From the IMG/VR virus record IMGVR_UViG_3300042880_000420, positions 32,001 to 96,000 of that record: DNA of 64,000 nt; one strand, given 5' to 3'. Of this stretch, positions 1 to 9,400 are shown piece by piece. The notes under the pieces are model-generated. The model was not told where the DNA came from. It searched no databases and saw only the letters and a list, made by a program, of their open reading frames with translations. This DNA comes from a virus. The position numbers were made by a program, and so were the translations under genes. Position 1 is the first letter of the stretch. Every line of letters begins with the position of its first letter.

Positions 1-450
1 CAGATAAAACCCCGTCTTCTTTATTAACTTCATTTATTGCATTTCTTAAGTTTTCAGCATGTTTAGGATCTTTTAATATTCTTTCCTGTGTTGTTTTAAA
101 AAGATTTTCTAAAGCCATCACCCATTTTCTTTGTTCAGGGGTAAGTTTGCTTTTATCCATTTCAATTATATTAACCGTAAGATGGTGCATTAATTCATGC
201 ATTATAACATCTTGTAAAGCATTTATATTTTCAGGATCAGATTCAAATGCAAGTTTTGGATTTACTTTAATTATTTTTTCAAATTTATTGTAAGTTCCAG
301 GATTTGCTAATGTTTCATCAATAATAATTTGAAGATTACCAACACCGCCTGTTTTTGATACTAATGAAAGTATTTCTTTATAAAAAGGTTCAGCATCTTT
401 ATATAAATTATTAAGTGCTGTTTTTGTATTTGCTTTTTTATCTACTCCAA
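1..450 (-). other. Zincin-like metallopeptidase domain (partial) within the giant RNAP protein
   Basis: PGTYNKFEKIIKVNP...DVIMHELMHHLT: HExxH at 185-199, preceded by G-x-Y...I-x-V-N strands. Confidence 0.7.
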
Positions 451-3400
451 ATATATTTGTAGTTGCTTCTTCTATCTGATTTGCAACCAATCCTTTTAAA
501 AATATATCATCAAAATCTACTATTTCAATTTCTTGTTCTTCTTCAATTTCAACTATATCTGATTTTAATTCAGAACTTTTATTTAATGGTGCAGAATTAT
601 TTGTGTCTGTTATAGCACCTAAAAATACTTCCTGATTATTTACTATATTAGAACCAGCAGGTTTAATAATAATTAATCTACCACTTGTTCTTGTAAGGGC
701 AACATACATAGAACTAAATATATCGTCTTGATTTACATTAGCAGCAAGATTTCTTTTAATATTATAATCACCAACAATTACATTTTTAATACTATTACCT
801 TGAGCTGTATGAGAAGATCCTATGTATGAAGGTACATAAGGAGGTGTAAATCTTTCATTTAATTCATCTAATTCCGATTTTAATTTAATATAATCTCCAT
901 ATTTTAAATTAAACTTTGCAATGATTTCTCCTGTTTTGTTATTTTTAATTTCAATTCCTTCTTGTTGTTTTGTAATTGGATTATATTTACCATATGTAAA
1001 TTCTCCTGTTTTTGGATTTCTTTCTCCACTTATTTCAAAACCAAGTATTTTATGTATATGCCTAACTCTATTTTGTCTATTATAAACTATAGTGTGTTCA
1101 ACTTCTACTTTAGTTCCTTTGTTAAAATAACGCATTAAAGCTGGAGATACATAATTTTCAATATTTTCAAAATTAGAAAATACATCTAACACTTTGAATC
1201 TTGCACCTGGTTTTATTGCACCTTTTGTTATTTTATATTTACCATCTTGAACACGATATTTTTGTTGAGATAATATTTTTTCAATTTTATTATCACTTGG
1301 TGTATACTCATAATCACTTGTAGAAATTTCAACTTTACCATCAAAAATTATATAATCTTGATTAGTATATAATCTATGTGCTGGAGTTGATGAATCAATT
1401 TCCAATTTTCTAAAATATTCATTTCTTATTTTAGTTGCTATGTTTTTTGTATTTGCATGTTCAACATTATTGTAATGCACCCAAAACATTCCATATGGAT
1501 TATTATTATTAATTAAATAATCAGTGTAGTCATCTATCACTCCATTTTCATTTGTAACTACAAGCATGTTTTCTGTTGATTGATTTGTCAACTTATCATA
1601 ATTTTCAAATGATAATTTTTGAACAGCCGCACCAGATTGTAAATTATTAATATTTTTAATAATTTGATTTCCAATAGAATCATACATTTTGTGTAATTGT
1701 TCATTATCTGAACGCATCACTTGAGTTAATTCTTTAGTTTTATTTTTATCCAAAAGTAATGTAGAAGAAATAACACCTTTATTAACATCAGAAGATTGTT
1801 GTTCACCAATTGGTCCTAATTGTCTATAATCTCCCATAAATATAAATACAGGCAATCTACTTATTAATCCATTATTAAGATCTTGTTTTAATCTTAATAT
1901 CATATCTGAAATATCTTTTTTACCAATCATTGAACTTTCATCAACAATTATAATATCAGGTCTTCCCATTGAAGGTTTAAACTGAGTAGAATTTATATAC
2001 TCTTTTTCTGAAGCTAAAGATAAAATTCCATCCACCATTCTATTTCTTCTTGTGTGGGCGGCAATTGTATTAACAGTTCCATCATTAGCATATTCACTAT
2101 CAAGACCTAATGATTCTTGAAGCACCGTGCTTGCAGTATGTGTAGGAGCTAAATACATTATACTTGGTTGAGTATATTTACTTTTACCCTCTATAGCAGC
2201 CATTATAGCTTTAATAACAGTGGTTTTACCAACACCACCTCTACCAGCTAGTCCAATCATATTATTCCACATATCAACTGGAATCAATCCATTGAATTGC
2301 TTTGTAAGAGGAGATGTAAATATTACTGTTTCATCTAAATTCTCAGCTTTAATTTGTTTTTTATTAGCCAGTAATTCTTCAACTTTATTTTTAATAAAAT
2401 TAAATGCTTCTTGTTGTCCATCATTCATTAAATAAATAGTATCATCTGTTTCCATAATGACATTATTATTTGGATTAGAACCTTTAGGAACATTAATTCT
2501 TTTTTCTGGTTTAGCAAGTGTTTCCTCTATAACAGGTGTCGGTCTGGTTTCTTCTGTAAGTATTACAGGAACCTCTATTTCTGATTTATCATTATATAAT
2601 GACATCACTCTTTTAGTAATATCTTCAGATTGTATAACATCTCCAAAACTTGTTTTTTGTAATGATCTTATAGATCCTTCAAGATCAACAAAATATTTAG
2701 GTTGATTTTGAATATTAGTAAGAGTTACCACCCAATCAGGATGTAAATTAACTTCATGTGTTAATATAACTTTAGATAATAAATTAGCATCTGAAACAGG
2801 TTGACCTTTTTCACCTTGAGCTTGGAAATAAACATTATATCCATCCTCCATAGTTCCTTCAATAATATAGTTTTTACCACCATATTCTACTACACTTGAT
2901 TTAACTTCCGGTTGTTCTTCTATTACTTCTTCTTCAGTTTCTTGTGTAGGTTTAGTAGTTTTTATAGAAAGTAATTTACTAAATTCTTCTTCAAACACTA
3001 TATTATCAGGAATAGGAAATGCACTAAACATGTCAGCCATATCCTGATCTGTATAACCATTTAAGTTTTTCTTACCGTCTACTCTGTATGCTACTAAAAA
3101 CTCTTTATCAGGATTTTGTTTAGCAAAATCATATAATTCTTTGATATTACTTTGAATTTGTTCTGGAGTTAAACTCTTTTCCCCAGCTTTTTCATACTTA
3201 ATACCTGTTTGTTTTTCTACAAATCCTGCTGTAAGATTTTTTGTAACTAAAGCATATGATTGATTTTTCAATCCTCTTCCTACAAATTGTACTGCACCAA
3301 ATTTATTTTTAGCTTGTTGAGCAGCACCGGCACCATGTCTTCCTTGTGGATTAGAACCAAATACAAATATTTGATTAGGTTGTAATGATTCAATTTTACC

Positions 3401-6400
3401 TTGATATGTTTTTACAGGTTCTGTTGTTTCTACAGATGTTACATTTTCATATGCTTCATTTAAAGATTTAATAAACCAATTATTACCACCTGTTTCCCAA
3501 ACACTATTTTGTTTAGTAGGTTGATGAGTAGAATTTAATATCCATTCAGAACCACCTTGATTTGTTATTTCATCAACTAATCTTGGATGTTGTTGAAGTT
3601 TAGCTGTAATAATATTTACCATTAAATTGTAAGTACTATTAGGTCCTTCATCTTTTGTAGCTGTAGATTTTAATGCTTGATATGCAGCTTCAGCATCTTT
3701 ATAAGTTTTACCTTGAAATTCTACAGGATAAGATTGTGTAAGATTGCCTTTTGATTTAGCTAATTCTGTAGGATTTGTAAGAGCAGCAGCTAAACCTGTA
3801 GCATTAGAAGATATTTCTACACCTGGTTTTACTTCTGTAGTTGCAGTAGGTTGTGCAGATTTAAATGTATTTTCATATACATCTCTAATAGCTTGTAAAG
3901 ATTTATTTATAACTTCTTCTGTTGCTAATGTTCTACTTCCAATACCAGCAAAATTTTTAGTAAGTTTTGGTGTTTCTGTTGGTACAAAGTTTTTTACTTT
4001 ATAATCATAAGTATACCACCCTTCTTTAGTACCATCAAATACATATACAGGTTTACCTTCATTAATTGCCATTTGAACAGCATAACCTGTTCCACCTTTA
4101 ACAATAGGAACAGCAGCTATTCTTGTTTCACCTGCTTTATCAGATGCATTTTCACCAGGTTGTTTAATAGTACCTAATGCATAAATAGCGTCTGCATTTT
4201 TAACTTGCATCCAATTTCTTATAATATATGCACTTCTTACTGATTTATTTCCAGCATCAGTAAACATCATTCTAAAAGCTTGTGTAGCTTTTTGTGCACC
4301 TTCATTATAATCTTTTTGTTCTATATAAGTAGGTTTAATACCAGCAGTTTGTAATTTTTTAGAATCTAAAGTTTTACTTCCTTTTGCTGCTTGTCCTTTT
4401 GTATCAATATATTCTAAAGGTTCTCTGTAATGTTTATGTTCAATTACCCCAAATTCTCTACCAATTTGATCCCATTCAGTATCAGATAAAGCTGCACCAC
4501 CTGAATGGTTAGTATAATCAGCAGGATTAAGTATACCTTCTTGTGTTGTAATTGGAGCGGGTGCTATAGGTTTTTCAATTTCTGATTCAGTGGTTTCATT
4601 TCTATTTACATTATTCATAGGAATAGAAGAAACTAAATCTGGATTATTAAAATCAAATTCAGAAATGTTTTTATATCCTAATATTTCTACTCTTTCATAT
4701 GTTGCACTACCATCTTCTGTAGCAATATCACTTGTACGTTTATACAAATATGATGTAAATTGATTATATACACCGGGTATATCAGAAACAACTTCATCAG
4801 AAAGTAAAATATACGCAGGGTATTTAAAACCAATATTAATTAGTTTTTTATCTCTAATGTATGTAGAATCTGCATCACTCAACGGAACTTGTAATGACTG
4901 TCTTATTCCTTTTAATTTAACATCATTTTCAGGAAAGTCTGCAAGCTTTAATGTAAAATTAGAAACATCTTTTAATGATTCTTTTTTAATTATGTTTTTA
5001 AATACTTTCTTAAATGTAGAATCCGAAATTCCTCTTTCTGTATGACGTGTGGTAAAATTAAAAGATTTAGAAAATGTATCAGGATAGTTTTGAACCATCT
5101 GATCAATTAATATTAATTTAGATTTATCATTACTAATATGATCTGAATATATTTTTTCAAAGTTTTTCATTGCGTTATTAAACTCAGGATCGGAATTATA
5201 ATAACCAATTGGAATATATCTACCTATAAAACCAGCATCTCCAGTGACATAAGGATATAATGCAAAATCTTTAGCTAATTGTTTAATCTCATCACTATCA
5301 TCTAAAGCCAATTCATAAAAACCTGACATCACTTCTCTAACATCAATATCTTGTCCAAAAGGTGCTTTAAAAGAAATAGTGTATGTTTCAGATGAATAAT
5401 CTTTTTCAACATCAATATTCTTTAAAAATCCGTTTTTAGCATATTTAGGATTTTGTTTAAGCTCAATTGTTCTAAATCCAATTGATGTCTTTCCGTTTAT
5501 TAATTTTTCTCTTTCTAAAATAACGTTATCAAATAGTTCAAAAGAAGGACTGGTGTATATATATGATGTTATAGAATTAAATACCGTATTGTAATAAGTT
5601 TCATAACTATTTTTAGATAGCTTTGATTTATCAACACCCATAAAATTTAAAACAACATCTACAATTGATTCAAGATGTCTACCAGAACTTATTGGAAATA
5701 ATTGTTTATAAACATCATTTTGTGCAAAAATTAATGAGTTTGCAATAGCAGAACCAATTTCACCAACAGGGTCAATTTCCATGTCTCCTGTAAAATCATT
5801 TTTGGCAATCTCTCCTGCAATATTATTAATTCCAGAAAAATTAGTTGTAAAACTTAATTTGTTGAGTTGATAAAGTTTTTGTTTTGTTGCAAATACATTA
5901 GGTCCAATTCCTTTAGTATAAGGATACACCACACCCAATATTATCATTAATTCTCTTCCTAAATTCTCTAAACGTATAAATGTATCAATAGCATTGTATT
6001 GTGTATTATAATACGTAAGCATCATATCTTTAACAGAATCATATTTGAAATCCTTTGCCAGTTGTTCAAATATTTCAACACCTGCTTTTTGAGCAATTGC
6101 TTTACCAATTATCCACGTTTCTGCTAATGTTTCAGCATCAATAACTGAATTTCTTTCTTTATTATTAACATCAAAATAAGATTCTGCTGTTTTACCAGAT
6201 GGTAAATATTTTTCTTTATCAATTGTTTGAATAATTGTATTCTGAATTTCTGATGAAGAATTAATTAATGCATTAAAATCATATGCTCCAAAAGAATCTT
6301 GTTTTTGTTCTGTAAGTTCAAATAATTTTACTATTGCAGGTTGAGATGCAAGATCCATCATAAATTCAATAGGTGCTGCTTGACCTTTAGCATCTGACAA

Positions 6401-9400
6401 CATTGCAAAAAATCCTACAGCAGACATTGCTTTTTCCGTCCAGTTGAATTCTCTAAGGTATTGATTCTTAGCATTATCCACTGATTCAGTAAACATAATG
6501 TTTAAGTTATCAGAAATAGATCTTTTCTTATCAATAAATGAAGTGGATTCACCAAGTTTACCAATGTACAAAAGATCAATTATTTCACCATCTTTAGATA
6601 GTTTAATTTGAAGTGGATTGGGTGTATCTTCGGCATCTGCAAGAGACATCACTTTATCTTGAAAATCTGCTTGTGCAGAAATTAAATTAGCAAATACACC
6701 TACTCCCACCTTACCAGATCTATTATCAATATATCTGTTAATAGATGTCATAAAATCTAAAGGTAAATTAACAGTGATGTCTTCAACTAATTTATATTTT
6801 TCAAGTTGTTTTTTTCTCATTTCAACTTTATCTCCAACCTCAGGCATATCAATTGACTTAGTAATTTTGGAGAAAGTTGCAGAATTCATTAAAACTTCCC
6901 AGTGTATATCTCTATATAATTGATTAAGTTGATCTTCTGTAAAATTTGCAACATCCTTTATTGATTCTAAATTATATGTTACATCATTAAATTTATTATC
7001 TACATAATTAAATTTACTTATATAAGCATAAAGTTTATCTACGTCAAAGTCAGAACCCATTTGTCCTGTAATACCATCAGGTACAACAATTGAGTTTTCC
7101 ATATATGATGGAAGAAATCCTACCACTTCAATAGGAAGAGTGGAAGGATGAGATTGATTGGGAATACGTGTTCCAATAAGTTGAAACATTTTTTCACTAA
7201 AAGATGATGTGTTTAATATTTTACGACCATATTTATCTTCTGTAATATATTTAGATAAATCAATTAGATTACCATCTTCATCTCTTAAATATTGTGATAC
7301 AATAACTTGAGCTGCTTTTGTTTTGCCATTCTCTTGTCTTATATATTTTAATTTAGCATCTTCTTTAGCAAATTCATCAGAATATTTATCAATCCATATA
7401 ATACCTGATTTTACACCTTTGCTAATTTTACTAAAATTATACTTAGCACCAACACCACTCACTTGTATAAATGAAGTTCCTTCCACCTTTAACATTACAT
7501 TCTTATTAATAAGACTATTAATAAGACTTTGAAATTTAGGAAGTGCCCATTGTGCTTCTAATGGAATTTTAAATTTTTTAGTTGTAGGATCTAATTCAAT
7601 AGCTTGTAAATCTGCTTCAGAATAAGATCCTGTTGTATCATTAAGAATAACATTCTTCAGCAGTCTGTAAATGTTTTCATGTGTTTTATTTAAATTACCA
7701 AGCTCTTCCCTTAAACGATTTGCATGTATATCAAACAATTTAGATCTTACAGCTTCTTTAAGTTTTTTGCCAGTTTCACCAGATACATTAGACATATTAC
7801 CAAATGTAAAAGTTTTTACATTCAATAGTCCATCAAATAATGTACGATTCATTTGCGTAACCGTAGCAATTTCATCTTTTTGTTCTGGTACTTCCTGTTG
7901 ATTTCTGATACCACTTCTGCTTAACAGTTGTTTAGATGCTTCAAAATCTTCTTTACTTGGTTCAATAAAATTATTATTTTCATCAAATAATTTTAAAGAT
8001 TTACTTGGTCTTCCAAGTTTTTTAGCAGATGCAAAATTAACAGAACGAACACTGTTTTTTTCCATCCACGCTCTTAGTTTATCTCTTTCACTTCCCGCTT
8101 CATGTTGAGGAATTAAAGGATATCTGGATGATTTAACATAGTCTATTCTATTTAAACCACTAGCATCATCACCTATCTTAGAATAATATACATAAACAGG
8201 TTTAACGGGTGACATAACTATCTTTATTTCTTCTTCAGATAGTTCATAATATTCACCTGGTTTTATTTTATTATAAATTGATTCCCAACTATCTAAATCA
8301 ATTTTACCTTCACTCATTAAATAATCAATATGTTCTTGCAACGTGACAAATTCTTGAGCATCTGTAATCTCACTTTTATTTAAAACATCACCATTGATAT
8401 TTTTAACAGTTGTTTTTACATCTTCAGAAGTAATTGTAATATAATCTTGTCCAGCGTCATTATATGCTTTACCGTTTGATCTGTTCCAAAACCAATTACC
8501 TTGTGTGCCAGGAGCAATTAACGCAGCAGCACGTTTTGAAAATTCATCCCATGTTGAATTAGCAATACTCACTTTTTCTTCAGAAGATAAATCAGATATA
8601 TTTTTATCTTGTAATTTAATTTTAGTTTTAAAATTAAGTGCGGGATCAAATTTTAAAAACTGAATTGTTTTAATTTGAGAATTAAGATAATTAAGTTTCA
8701 TATCCAGAACCATCAGTCTTGCCATATCACGACCCTTGGCAGCTGTTTGTCTAAACCTATTTACATAATCGTTATTATTATATCCATTAATAAATAAGGG
8801 ATATGTATAATTATTTCTATCATCTTTTTTAATTATACCTAAAGAAATTAATTCATCTATTTGTTTTTCAACATCAGTTCTTAATTCATTTAAAACAGCT
8901 TCTCCAACCAGTTCTGAATATTTATTTGCCAACTGTTGCAAATCAAAATTTCCACTGTAAAGATCATTTCTAAACTCTTGAAGATTTTCATTTCTGTTTA
9001 AATTTGGGAGAAAATAAAAAAGCTTTGAAGCAATGTCATAATTTTCAACATTAATCTTAGATTTATTATTCATTGAAGAAATTATTCTAGAAACTTCTGG
9101 AGCAACAAGTTCATTATATATTTTTCTTTTTAATTTTGAAGTGTAAACAATTTTATCATCAACAATATTATAATCAGATTTATAACCAACTGGATTTGTT
9201 TCACTGTCTACAAAAAATTCTTTTGTCATTCTCGTTTCCATTCCTGTTGTTTTATCAGATAATGTAAACGCGATGTATGTACCAACATTTAAATTTTGTT
9301 GGTGTTGTAAAAACATTGTAACAATTTGATCTTTGGGGGTAAGACTTTTTCTTATCTTACCTTTTTGACTACCTTTTTGTTCTCTTATGCCATTAAAATA

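Noticed and set aside
2220-7901. Short plus-strand ORFs listed in the track across the left region
   Set aside because: They are antisense shadows of the giant minus-strand RNAP ORF, which carries all the recognisable motifs.
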